Below, piece after piece: positions 30,639-40,617 of a DNA stretch of 64,000 nt. Made by a program: the position numbers and the translations under genes. Each line of letters begins with the position of its first letter. The first letter of the stretch is position 1. The stretch covers positions 4,960,001 through 5,024,000 of the forward strand of contig CM035361.1 in the NCBI GenBank assembly GCA_020137815.1, written 5' to 3'. The DNA comes from Hormiphora californensis. Lineage: Eukaryota > Animalia > Ctenophora. The notes under the pieces were generated by a model. That model was not told the origin of the DNA. It saw only the letters and a list, made by a program, of their open reading frames with translations, and made no database searches.

Positions 30639-33620
30639 CTAGAGGAAAGGGGTGTTTAAAAAGTGGTACTCGCTCCCTCTCAACGGAGGGTAACGTATGA
30701 CCCCTTCACCCTCTGTTATTGCCATCACAGTCACTAGCTTGTGACTCTCGGACTCACTACCCGCACATTCCTCTATCTCGGTGATTTCTCCAGTGGAGAT
30801 TTTCGTCATCTTGACGTCTGTATCCTCTTCTACAAACCATGTGTCGGTGACTAATGGATCAGAAAATCTAACTTGCTTGTAGATCACTTCTTCTTCTGAT
30901 GTTGATTCAGCTGATGTGAATCCTTCTTCTAACTGATATATCTCATTCTCGGTGTCTTCTTCCGTCTCCGCTGGAGAGTAGTCCTCTTCCTCTTGCTCTG
31001 CTGTTATACCTCTTTTGTCATTACACGTCTCCTCTGGAGAGTGGTCTTCTTCATTCTGCTCTACTGCTACATCCCTCTTTTCAGTACACGTCTCCTCTGG
31101 AGAATGGTCTTCTTCATTCTGCTCTACTGCTACATCCCTCTTTTCAGTACACGTCTCCTCTGGAGAGTGGTCTTCTTCCGTCTGTACACCTATCTCCACT
31201 GATTTTGCCATGTGGGGGAACCGGGATAGGAAGTCTACTAGTTGGTTCTCCTCTCCTCCAATGTGACGAATTACACAGTTGTAATCCGCCAAAATCTGCG
31301 TCTTTCTTATCAGCGTTGCATTAGATTTGGCGAAGAGGGTGTCTTGGGCCTGGAGCAAACTTTTGCAGTCAGTAACTACCGTGAACTTGGTGTTAGCTAG
31401 GTAAACTCTCCAATGTTGGAGAGCATATAACATGGCGTCAAACTCTAATCGAGTTTGCCCTCTGCTTCTTTTATACAAGGGAGTAGCTCTGCTATAGAAG
31501 GCCACAATGCGTCTTTCCCTTTTCCCATCGATGACCAGTTCTTGCGATAATGTAGCTCCATACCCATAAATAGAGGCATCGATGACCACCTCGTAGCTTT
31601 CAAATGGATCCTCTGGATCAGGCACGGCTAATAAAGTTCTCTTGCATATCTCCATCTTGAGAGTTAGCAAGGCCTCTTCGCACTTGGCTGTCCAATGGAA
31701 CTCGCTGGTTCCTCGTAACAACGCGTGAATAGGCCGGGCAATGGTGCTGTAGTTCTTGATCCACTCCCTAACATAATTCAGAGCTCCCATTACCTTCATC
31801 ACTTCTTTCTTAGATTCTGGGGCCCGGAGGTTCATCAGGTCCTTCACTCGGTCCTCTGTTATCTTGACCCCCTCGGCTGTAACTGCTACCCCAACAAATT
31901 CGACCTCTGGTCGAAGGAGCTTTGTCTTATCAGTGGATACTTTTAGCCCCGCTGAGCCGAGTCTTTGTAGCAGTTTCTCCAATCTGTCTAGATGATCAGC
32001 CGTTGATGATGATGATAGGAACAGGTCGTCGATGAAAAACACTACTTGGTCTATAGGCAGGGTGTCGAGGAGTTTTTGCATCATACGGGTCAAATTAGAA
32101 CTACTAGCTCTATTACCCCTCATCATACGTCCGAAACAAAGCTGTTGTCCTCTGTACAGAAAGGCAGTGGCTTTCTTAGATTCCTCTGTATAAGGCACCT
32201 GCCAAAATCCCTTGCTCACATCTAGTGAGCTAAATAAGGCATCTCCCCCTATCCTATCTAGGACATGGTTGAGATTTGGCAAGGGGTAACTGTCACCTAC
32301 GCACTCCTTGTTGAGATTTCGTAGGTCAGCTACCAATCTGTAGGCCCCCGGTGTTTTCTTTTTGACTAGAAATATCGGTGAATTCCAGTCAGAAGGCTCT
32401 GCTAGAGTCTCCACAACACCGGCTTGCATCATTTCTTTGATGTTTCGCTCCATCTCTGGCCTTAACTTGTAGGGGACTGGCATGGGGTTTGTCCATCGTG
32501 CTGTGGCCTCGGGCTTGAGGCCAATGTCAGCAGAGTACATGTTGCAGCATCCTATGTCGTACTCGTCATAGCTGAACACTGCTCGATGCCTCCAGATGAT
32601 GTCCTCAATCCTTTCTTCCTCTTCCAAAGATACTTTAGTACCCCTAGGCCCGACGATCTCATTGGTCTTCAATCTCTTGAACAGCTCCTCTTTGGTCCAC
32701 CGTTCCTGGGGTCCCTCTGGGGCCTCATCTATTCTCAAGATCGAACAGTCATCATCAGAACACTGTACCCCCCTGATAGGGTTGTAGTCGGGTACCGGTT
32801 CCAATTTTGCCACACGTGCTCCCCTTGGGAGACGTACATCTTCCTCGCTGAGGTTGATGCATTTCAAGATGATCTGTCCGTTGGCAGCTTCCGCTATTGC
32901 CGCTGCTATGAGAACACCCTGGTCGACCTTCAAAATGCTCGGCTTTACTACTCCGACCGCTGGTTTTCCTACTGCTACGCACCCCGTAATGTACGTTATG
33001 GCGTTCTTCTTTACCAGGATTCCCTCTGGGATCTTAATAGTACATGCCCTCTCCACGCTGGGAGGGGTGTCATTGAACGGGGTAGGTGTGGCTCCTTCCA
33101 TCTCCACACAGCAGGTTTCATAGTTCACTGAGCATCTGGACTTCGTGAAAAAGACATGACCTAATAGGATGTCGTAATCCATCTGCCCACAAACTATAAA
33201 TTCGAAGATCTCGGTCTTTCCCCCAATCGTTAGTGGCAGGTCAATCCTCCCGAAGGTTTCGATAGGATTCCCCCCAAAGTCTTTCAGCCTTTTACATGGT
33301 TTCTTGGCCTCTCCCGCACTTGGGATTCTCTCCAGCGCACTCCTCGCTATCAAATTGACAGCGGAGCCCGTGTCTAAGAAGCATCTAATCCTCTGTTCCT
33401 TGATCGTTGCCCAGATTATGACTTGGTTGACTGAATGTTCGACTGTAGCTATAGTTTCTTGATCACTAGAAGTACTATTTACCTCACTCGCTGGGAGGCT
33501 AATATCACTCCATATACTCTCCTCATCTCCCTCTTCTAGATGGTCTCCCGCTCCCATAGGTTGTTGCGGCCGTTGCTCTGATCCAAGTGGTCCGTCGCTC
33601 CGACCGCTCTCACGTTTCCC
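30639..33620 (-). CDS. Gypsy Pol: aspartic protease, reverse transcriptase, RNase H, then an acidic repeat tail; no integrase
   Basis: FLDTGS protease motif; WNSPIFLVKKK, YRLVADLRNLN, LDVSKGFWQV and FIDD RT motifs; IDAS.YGYGATLSQ and VTDCKSL RNase H motifs. Start placed at the putative slippery site; first ATG is 33557. Confidence 0.92.
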   Translation of the reverse strand, partial: GKRESGRSDGPLGSEQRPQQPMGAGDHLEEGDEESIWSDISLPASEVNSTSSDQETIATVEHSVNQVIIWATIKEQRIRCFLDTGSAVNLIARSALERIPSAGEAKKPCKRLKDFGGNPIETFGRIDLPLTIGGKTEIFEFIVCGQMDYDILLGHVFFTKSRCSVNYETCCVEMEGATPTPFNDTPPSVERACTIKIPEGILVKKNAITYITGCVAVGKPAVGVVKPSILKVDQGVLIAAAIAEAANGQIILKCINLSEEDVRLPRGARVAKLEPVPDYNPIRGVQCSDDDCSILRIDEAPEGPQERWTKEELFKRLKTNEIVGPRGTKVSLEEEERIEDIIWRHRAVFSYDEYDIGCCNMYSADIGLKPEATARWTNPMPVPYKLRPEMERNIKEMMQAGVVETLAEPSDWNSPIFLVKKKTPGAYRLVADLRNLNKECVGDSYPLPNLNHVLDRIGGDALFSSLDVSKGFWQVPYTEESKKATAFLYRGQQLCFGRMMRGNRASSSNLTRMMQKLLDTLPIDQVVFFIDDLFLSSSSTADHLDRLEKLLQRLGSAGLKVSTDKTKLLRPEVEFVGVAVTAEGVKITEDRVKDLMNLRAPESKKEVMKVMGALNYVREWIKNYSTIARPIHALLRGTSEFHWTAKCEEALLTLKMEICKRTLLAVPDPEDPFESYEVVIDASIYGYGATLSQELVIDGKRERRIVAFYSRATPLYKRSRGQTRLEFDAMLYALQHWRVYLANTKFTVVTDCKSLLQAQDTLFAKSNATLIRKTQILADYNCVIRHIGGEENQLVDFLSRFPHMAKSVEIGVQTEEDHSPEETCTEKRDVAVEQNEEDHSPEETCTEKRDVAVEQNEEDHSPEETCNDKRGITAEQEEEDYSPAETEEDTENEIYQLEEGFTSAESTSEEEVIYKQVRFSDPLVTDTWFVEEDTDVKMTKISTGEITEIEECAGSESESHKLVTVMAITEGEGVIRYPPLRGSEYHFLNTPFL

Positions 33621-35473
33621 GGACTTCTACTGTTGTTTCTACCCGTACTCGGTGCCGTGTATCCGGTTGCTGCTTCTGTAATTCCCGGGCAGTTTCTTGC
33701 TTTGTGTCCCACCTGGTGACAACTGAAACAAGTTACTCTGGGTTGTGCCCAAGGTGGTTGCTGACCCCATTGCTGGCCCTGTGGGTTTGCTAATCGACAG
33801 AAGTTCGCTGTATGTCCCACTTTTCTGCACAACTGACACGTCTGTAGTTTGTAGCATGTTGCTACGTCGTGTCCTTCCATGTGGCAAAATGTGCAGACTG
33901 CGATTCCCGTTGTGGGTGAAGGTTGTGACACTGGGACGTTCCCTGCTGGGACGCTCCTTGCTGGGATGCTTCCTGCTGGAATATTTCCTGCTGGAATACT
34001 CCCTGCTGGAATACTACCTGCTGGAATATTTCCTACTGGAATACTCCCCATTTGTGACGCTCCCCATGATGTTGTGCTAGCCAGGGATTGCGGTTGTCCC
34101 TCGAACGATGAACCCAGCTGGACCCTGTACACCGATTCTTCTTTCCTCTGTGCCAGGCACTTCATACGGGCTTCTCTCACCCCAGCTCGGATGACTATCC
34201 CGTCAAAGTCCTCTGAAATGTCTCGGAGGTCACCGATCATCATGGCGATTTCCGTATTGGCTACGCCATCCTGAAGGGCCTCCAGCTTCCGTCTTCTTAA
34301 CTGGCCTTCCGAGGCATCAGGGTGAGCCGACTTGGCCTCCCTCCTGATCCTGTCTGCAAACTCTTCTATCGTCTCCCACGATTCCTGCCTGATCGTCTTC
34401 AACTTGAGACGATGCACCTCCGGACAATTGCTAATTGAACGGGTAGCCTGTTTCACGAATTCTAGCAGGTACTTGGGATCTTCCCTTTCTCGCTGCTGGA
34501 ACTCCATGTTGTAGAGTTTCTCATACATTTCGTCTTCTTTGACTGACGATAGGAGGATCTTATCATATCTTCTGCTTCCTCTTCTTGACATCTCTAAATA
34601 GCTGGCAAACCTTTTGAGATGTGTACTCCAATTCATTCCGGCTCGGAATTTCGGCATCTCATTGGGGCCTTCACTGTCAGAAGATACCCTTCTCGGTCTT
34701 CTATATCTTCTCTCTTCATTATTTCTTCTCCCTTCTTCATTTGGTCTTCTTTCGGAGCGCCTGCTAGGCCTCCGTCTCTCTCCGGGTGAGTCAGATGATG
34801 AGGACGAGGATGGCGGTGAACCTCGCCTTCTTTCTCTGGGCTTCTTTTCCTCTTTAACGGCTGTTTTAGTGTCTTTAGGCGCCTCTTTAGGCCCCTGTCC
34901 GTCACCTTCTTCTTCCTTTCTTGCCGCGACGGTCTCCGCCTGGATTCCAAGAGTGTTGACCCTGATGGACCTCCTGTCAGATAGTGATGGCGTGCTGGGT
35001 TGACGTCTCCTGCGCTCGTGCTCACTCTCAGAAGTCTTCCTCTTGCTGGGGAAACTGATCTCTGAGGTCCACCTCAGCTCCTCGTCATCATCCAGGGTTA
35101 GATACCTGAAGGACCTTTCTAGCTTCTGGCTCTCCTCTTTTACTTTCAATGGCTTTTGAGCTGATCGTACGGGGGAAGGTTCCCTTCGGCGCTCAACATG
35201 TCTGCCGTATGACCGTACCGATGCGATGGACGATGCGGGGGATAAGTCTCTCCGCGGTGAACTGTTGAATAAAGATCTGCACAGGGGCTCTCTCACTGGA
35301 GATACGCTCCTCAATGCCCTGCGCAAATCTCTCGCTGGAGATCTATATTGCTGTTCCCTCGCTTGCTGGTGGCACGAAAGTTTTCTCGCTGGGGAAGACG
35401 CACGCGACGAGTCTCTCACTGGAGATCTATGCGTATGCTCTCTCGCTTGATGCCGACGCGATCGTTCTCCCAC
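33536..35473 (-). CDS. Gypsy Gag with a long Arg/Ser-rich N-terminal region and three CCHC knuckles (start uncertain)
   Basis: QESWETIEEFADRI major-homology-like motif; CTFC..GH..C, CQLC..GH..C and CFSC..GH..C knuckles. 35473 is a GTG; the first in-frame ATG is 34657. Confidence 0.88.
   Translation of the reverse strand: MGERSRRHQAREHTHRSPVRDSSRASSPARKLSCHQQAREQQYRSPARDLRRALRSVSPVREPLCRSLFNSSPRRDLSPASSIASVRSYGRHVERRREPSPVRSAQKPLKVKEESQKLERSFRYLTLDDDEELRWTSEISFPSKRKTSESEHERRRRQPSTPSLSDRRSIRVNTLGIQAETVAARKEEEGDGQGPKEAPKDTKTAVKEEKKPRERRRGSPPSSSSSSDSPGERRRPSRRSERRPNEEGRRNNEERRYRRPRRVSSDSEGPNEMPKFRAGMNWSTHLKRFASYLEMSRRGSRRYDKILLSSVKEDEMYEKLYNMEFQQREREDPKYLLEFVKQATRSISNCPEVHRLKLKTIRQESWETIEEFADRIRREAKSAHPDASEGQLRRRKLEALQDGVANTEIAMMIGDLRDISEDFDGIVIRAGVREARMKCLAQRKEESVYRVQLGSSFEGQPQSLASTTSWGASQMGSIPVGNIPAGSIPAGSIPAGNIPAGSIPARSVPAGNVPVSQPSPTTGIAVCTFCHMEGHDVATCYKLQTCQLCRKVGHTANFCRLANPQGQQWGQQPPWAQPRVTCFSCHQVGHKARNCPGITEAATGYTAPSTGRNNSRSPGNVRAVGATDHLDQSNGRNNLWERETI
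33574..33620 (-). promoter_or_regulatory. Candidate gag-pol -1 ribosomal frameshift signal
   Basis: G_GGA_AAC in the gag frame (33620-33614), a 6-nt spacer, then GCGGUCG able to pair with downstream CGGCCGC. The -1 frame is the open pol frame. Confidence 0.7.
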
Positions 35474-35705
35474 TGGAGACGATGCACGCGATGAGTCTCT
35501 CTCTGGAGACCTACGCGACTGTCCGCTTGCTCGCTGTCGGCGCGTTCGCTCTCCCGCTGGAGACGATACACGTGAAGAGTCTCTCGCTGGAGACCCACGA
35601 ATCAGCCGTCCTGTCTTACTGCGCTTCCATTTCTTCTTTTTACTACATCTCCGGGGCGGTTTTGGGGGTGATCGCTCCTGGCGATCAGAGCCCTCACTTG
35701 AAGAA

Positions 35706-35717
35706 CCGAAGCCACCA
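35706..35717 (-). promoter_or_regulatory. Putative primer-binding site TGGTGGCTTCGG
   Basis: Starts with TGG 2 nt inside the 5' LTR boundary; the cognate tRNA was not identified. Confidence 0.55.
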
Positions 35718-35719
35718 AT

Positions 35720-36098
35720 TGTGACGAGCGGCCTTTTTCTGGAACTCTTTTATATTTTCCTTGTATCACTTTTGTCCCCGTTTCAAAGTAAAAACAGCTT
35801 GTTTCCTTTTGTAACAAAATCGGTTGGGGGAAACGGGAACTGAACAAAAAGGGGGCCAGGCACTCGAACACAATCCCGGGCGATCTACAAACTTCTGGGG
35901 TTGCGCGCGCGGCCTATAGCCACGCGCGCGGACATAGCTGACAAACGTCCTAACAGAAACCCCGCGCGCTACGTCCAGAACGCCCCAGAAGTGTGTCCGA
36001 GTGTCCCGCCTTCCTTCTAGATCATATCTCGGACCCGGAAAACACAAAATACAAATATCTCATACAAAATAAGGTAATCATATCATAAAATCACCACA
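35720..36098 (-). repeat. 5' LTR
   Basis: 379 bp, TG...CA, followed on the minus strand by the PBS and gag. Confidence 0.95.
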
Positions 36099-36351
36099 GT
36101 CACAAGCTAGTTTTAGGGATTTTGAACCCAAAACCACGTCCAAATCTGCTCGGAAAATCGAAGAAATTTTTTTATGGCCCTTCTCGGGAGGCTAATTTAG
36201 GCCTTTTTTTCAAAACCCCTCTCAAATTTTTGTTTTTGAGGGGCACAAATAATCCTTTGAAGGGATAAAACTACTTGACATAACAAATCGAATGCAAAAA
36301 ACCGCATCAAAAAATATTGAAAATTGAATGAGTTATTAACGTTTTAGTCGT

Positions 36352-38197
36352 TGTATCATATATGACTCTATCGTCCGTAAGGGAATTCTAGTAACAAATG
36401 TCATTTGTGCAAAAGTATGGGTCCAATAGTCAAATTTTATGCTTTGAGGCAGTCTATAGCTATAATTTCTACAATCTTGAACGGTTTTTACTAGAAAAAT
36501 ACCCCAAATTCTACATTTTGTATCATATATGACTCTATCGTCCCAATTGGTAAATTCTCCAAAAACATCCATAACTCGGGCTAGAAAAGGAGCTAAGAGT
36601 CAAATCAGGGCACTAAACTGTGTAGAATCATCGCATTAGTGGGGGTAGAGCACATATTTAGGTCGCTATCTTGCCCCCTAATTGAGATAATTGGATAATT
36701 AGCCAATTATCTGTCCCACGCATGCTAATAAATGAAACTTTGCTTTGGGAAGGAGTTATGAGGCAAATGGGGGCACTAAAATGTGTAGAATCATCACATT
36801 AGTGGGGTTAGAGCACATATTTAGGTCTCTATCTGGACCCCTAATTGAGATAATTGGATAATTAGCTAATTAGTTGCCCTCCAGCGCTAAAAAATTAAAT
36901 TTGGCGGAGTATACAAGACAAATGGGGGCACTAAAATGTGTAAAATCGTCGCCTTAGTGGGGGCAGAGCACATAGCTGAGTTTCTATTCCCGCTCCTAAT
37001 TGAGATAATTGGATAATTAGCTAATTGACGGTTGCATAATGCCCCCTTTTCACCATATACCGTGGTTTCTGGCTAATCTTGAGCTCTTTTGTTCAATCTA
37101 TGGATCTTTTGGCATCCCTTTACCCCATTTGTATCACCTTTGACTCGTTTTACACACTAATATAACACTCTATACAACCCTAGACACCGCCTTCAGCTCT
37201 TTAGAACCCTCTTGCTTAATCCTAGACCTCTCATAATTTCGAGATCCATACACCTTCCTAACCGATTTTTTTGGGATATCCTATTGCTCCTACAAGACGT
37301 TCAATCCCTAATGTACTACAGTTTCCCATTTTATTATTGGACACACAGTTTAGATTCCCCCTACATTAGTTCTCCTCTTCACTCTCACAATCTCATTTGC
37401 CACTAAGGAAACTTCTCATGAACTCCATCGGAAATAAAGATGATCTGTTGAAGGCGTTTAGTATGGTGTATGAGAGGTCTAGCTAGGAGTAGGATGAAGC
37501 AAGGGGGTTGTACAGAGCTGTCGGCGTCTAGGGTTGTATAGAGTGCTATATTATTGTGTAAAACGAGTCAAAGGTGATACAAATGGGGTAAAGGGATGCC
37601 AAAAGATCCATAGATTGAACAAAAGAGCTCAAGATTAGCCAGAAACCACGGTATATGGTGAAAAGGGGGCATTATGCAACCGTCAATTAGCTAATTATCC
37701 AATTATCTCAATTAGGAGCGGGAATAGAAACTCAGCTATGTGCTCTGCCCCCACTAAGGCGACGATTTTACACATTTTAGTGCCCCCATTTGTCTTGTAT
37801 ACTCCGCCAAATTTAATTTTTTAGCGCTGGAGGGCAACTAATTAGCTAATTATCCAATTATCTCAATTAGGGGGCAAGATAGCGACCTAAATATGTGCTC
37901 TACCCCCACTAATGCGATGATTCTACACAGTTTAGTGCACTGATTTGACTCTTAGCTCCTTTTCTAGCCCGAGTTATGGATGTTTTTGGAGAATTTACCA
38001 ATTGGGACGATAGAGTCATATATGATACAAAATGTAGAATTTGGGGTATTTTTCTAGTAAAAACCGTTCAAGATTGTAGAAATTATAGCTATAGACTGCC
38101 TCAAAGCATAAAATTTGACTATTGGACCCATACTTTTGCACAAATGGCATTTGTTATTAGAATTCCCTTACGGACGATAGAGTCATATATGACACAG
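36352..38197. repeat. Long internal inverted repeat of the piggyBac-like element (arms about 36352-37190 and 37521-38197)
   Basis: Mirror-image ORFs 36336-36572(-) and 37976-38275(+). The left arm carries an extra internal repeat unit of about 160 bp. Confidence 0.9.
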
Positions 38198-38327
38198 TGG
38201 GCCCAGCAAAAACTACATGTCGAAACTTCAAATTTCTTTTTCGAGGTAGTTTGTGGTAATAATATCTACTTATAAACGAAAAATTAGAAAAATCTATCGA
38301 GCCAATCCTTCTCGCCCTTAAAGGGTT

Positions 38328-40280
38328 AATGACCTGAAGAAACTGTATGGAAAGATGGATAGGGAAAAGAGGTCACTTTTCATTAAAGAGGACTTGGTTG
38401 CTGCCAAAGGTGACCCAAAGAAATTGCAAAGTAAGCTCCAGAAACTTCTTGGAAAAGCTGAAACAATTCTTCCTGAAACAACAAACACCAAGAACTTGGC
38501 AGATGATTTCTCCCAGTTCTTTAGTTCCAAAGTGGAAAAAATTCGAACCCAAGTCAATGAGGAGCAGAAGCAAGCTGGCGACTTTGAGGAACCCGGAAAA
38601 GCCTGTCATTCAACGTGGAAGGAATTCAAAGAGATATCGGAGGAGGAACTTGTTAAGGTGGTGAAGTCTATGTCAAGCAAACATTGTGACCTTGATCCGT
38701 TACCCACTTGGGTAGTAAAGGAGTGCATTAGGGATCTTGCTCCGGTATTAACATCGATGGTAAACCAATCTCTACATCAGTCTACAGTTGCGGAATCTCT
38801 CCAGAAGGCTATCGTGTTTCCTACCATCAAGAATATGTACGGAGATAGGGAAGCTCTCAGTAACTATCGTCCTGTCTCAAATATCCCATTCCTTTCTAAG
38901 CTCCTAGAAAAGGTGGTGCTCATGCAGCTGAATGAGTACCTTGAAAGCAATTCACTTCTGGGCAAGCATCAATCCGGTTATCGTGCTGGTCACAGTTGCG
39001 AAACTCTGTTAGCCAGCATGTTTGATGATGTATTAGGTGAGATGGATAAAGGAAATGTTGTAGCTCTGATCTGTTTGGACATGAGTGCCGCATTTGATAC
39101 GGTGGATCATGAAAAGTTGTTGGAGGTGTTGCAGAAACGGTTTGGAGTGGATGGTGATCCTCTTCAATGGTTTAAGAGCTACTTGAGTTCCAGATCTTTT
39201 AGAGTCTCAGTTGGTGATTGTTTCTCGGATACCCTAGCCTTACTCTGTGGAGTGCCCCAGGGGTCCCTTCTTGGTCCAATTTTGTTTCTACTTTACATTG
39301 AAGCTGTGCAAGATATTGTGGAACCATATGGACTCCGGATAAAGTTATATGCAGACGACTCCCAGCTCTATGTGAGTCTGGTTCCTACGGATTCTACTGG
39401 CTGGTCTAGGACAAAGGTTGATATTGAGGAGTGTCTGGCGAAGGTGAAGAGGTGGATGGTGGGACAGTGGTTGAAGTGTAATGAGGCAAAAACGGAATTC
39501 ATCCTGCTTGGAAAACGCAGTTCTTTGAGTAAAATCTCTTTTGATCCAGTTATCAACTTTGGAGGAACGGAAATCTTCCCCAGTGAATGTAGTGGAGCAG
39601 ATGGGAAAACACTGGGAATACTCTTGGATCACAATCTTAATCTTGAACGACAGGTTAATAATGTGAGGAAACAGTGTGGGCTGATACTACGGAATCTCTG
39701 GCAGTTACACAGATGTTTTGATACTCAAACGAAGATAATGCTGGTCAAACAATTGATTATATCGAGGATTGATTACAGTAATATTCTGTACTGTGGACTT
39801 CCGGCCCGAGTTCTTGGTGGGCTCCAGAAAACACTAAACTCCTGTGTACGCTTTATATTCAACATCCATGGGCATCAAGAGGATTACTTGGAATACTTCA
39901 GGCAGTGTCATATTTTACCCATCTCCTACAGACTGGACTTCAAAGCCTGTCTAATCGCTTATAAGATAGTCTATGGAACAGCACCAGGTTACCTCCAGGA
40001 AATGGTACCTCTTGATGAAAGCTGGGGAGTCTCCAGGACAACAAGGATGACTAGTGTTACTGATCCGTACAGATTAAAACACCCCAAGATGACCAGTATC
40101 AATGCCAATTCTAAATTGAGACGTAGGAGACTATCGGTATTTCTGCCTACTATTTGGAATGAGCTACCCCTCGAGTTAAGGTCGATCCCCAACGTTGATA
40201 CCTTTAAAGCTCGCCTGAAAACACATCTCTTCGTTGGTGCATTTGGAGTGGGTGATGGGGAACCCATGGCTGAGTTGTAA
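38328..40280 (+). CDS. LINE ORF2 C-terminal part (reverse transcriptase)
   Basis: LSNYRPVSNIPFLSKLLEKVV, QSGYR.GHSCET, LDMSAAFDTVDH, GVPQGSLLGPILF and LYADD motifs. Confidence 0.95.
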   Translation, partial: NDLKKLYGKMDREKRSLFIKEDLVAAKGDPKKLQSKLQKLLGKAETILPETTNTKNLADDFSQFFSSKVEKIRTQVNEEQKQAGDFEEPGKACHSTWKEFKEISEEELVKVVKSMSSKHCDLDPLPTWVVKECIRDLAPVLTSMVNQSLHQSTVAESLQKAIVFPTIKNMYGDREALSNYRPVSNIPFLSKLLEKVVLMQLNEYLESNSLLGKHQSGYRAGHSCETLLASMFDDVLGEMDKGNVVALICLDMSAAFDTVDHEKLLEVLQKRFGVDGDPLQWFKSYLSSRSFRVSVGDCFSDTLALLCGVPQGSLLGPILFLLYIEAVQDIVEPYGLRIKLYADDSQLYVSLVPTDSTGWSRTKVDIEECLAKVKRWMVGQWLKCNEAKTEFILLGKRSSLSKISFDPVINFGGTEIFPSECSGADGKTLGILLDHNLNLERQVNNVRKQCGLILRNLWQLHRCFDTQTKIMLVKQLIISRIDYSNILYCGLPARVLGGLQKTLNSCVRFIFNIHGHQEDYLEYFRQCHILPISYRLDFKACLIAYKIVYGTAPGYLQEMVPLDESWGVSRTTRMTSVTDPYRLKHPKMTSINANSKLRRRRLSVFLPTIWNELPLELRSIPNVDTFKARLKTHLFVGAFGVGDGEPMAEL

Positions 40281-40617
40281 TGTTTGTTGTAGTTGTGGGG
40301 CCTGCGGGCAATCAGTGTCATCCTCTCTCTAGTCATGTTATTGAATCACTATCTGGTATCCTTTTTTGAGCAGGTGTGAGTATAGCGTGTTTAAAATTAT
40401 ATCTACAGGTTTATGGGACCAGTTATTCCCCCAGTTTGATAAGTCCAGTTAATTTGGTTTTCCATATATTGTCTTTTTCAACCAGAGTTGTTCGTGTGCG
40501 ATATTTATACTCTAGGATATACCGCTCTGATGACTCGTCGGAACATCGCCAATATTTTGACATGTTTCCGTCGGGTATGGGCGGTATATAAGTGCGGAAT
40601 ATTATTATTATTATTAT

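Larger units (their letters stand above)
29089..36098 (-). mobile_element. Ty3/Gypsy LTR retrotransposon lacking integrase
   Basis: Two 379-bp TG...CA LTRs, 4-bp TSD GTCA (29085-29088 / 36099-36102), gag and PR-RT-RH pol on the minus strand. Confidence 0.95.
28998..38325. mobile_element. Non-autonomous piggyBac-like DNA transposon (about 2.3 kb of its own sequence) hosting a Gypsy element
   Basis: TTAA at 28994-28997 and 38326-38329; TIR CCCTTTGAGGGCGA / TCGCCCTTAAAGGG (13 of 14 match); subterminal motif GTCATATATGACAC near both ends; no transposase ORF. Confidence 0.92.
26560..40617 (+). mobile_element. Apparently full-length two-ORF LINE (CR1/L2 group) interrupted by a 9.3-kb nested insertion; 5' boundary approximate
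   Basis: ORF1 with zinc knuckles, ORF2 with APE and RT, and a 3' UTR ending GGTATATAAGTGCGGAAT(ATT)n. Removing 28998-38329 restores ...KRRFN|DLKKLYGKMDREKR in frame. Confidence 0.92.

Noticed and set aside
36336-38275. Mirror ORFs MDVFGEFTNWDD... as a transposase or gene pair
   Set aside because: Short, no DDD/DDE motif; they are a by-product of the inverted repeat.
40524-40550. CTGATGA...GGAAC as a hammerhead ribozyme core in the LINE 3' UTR
   Set aside because: GAAC instead of the conserved GAAA, and no convincing stems or cleavage triplet.
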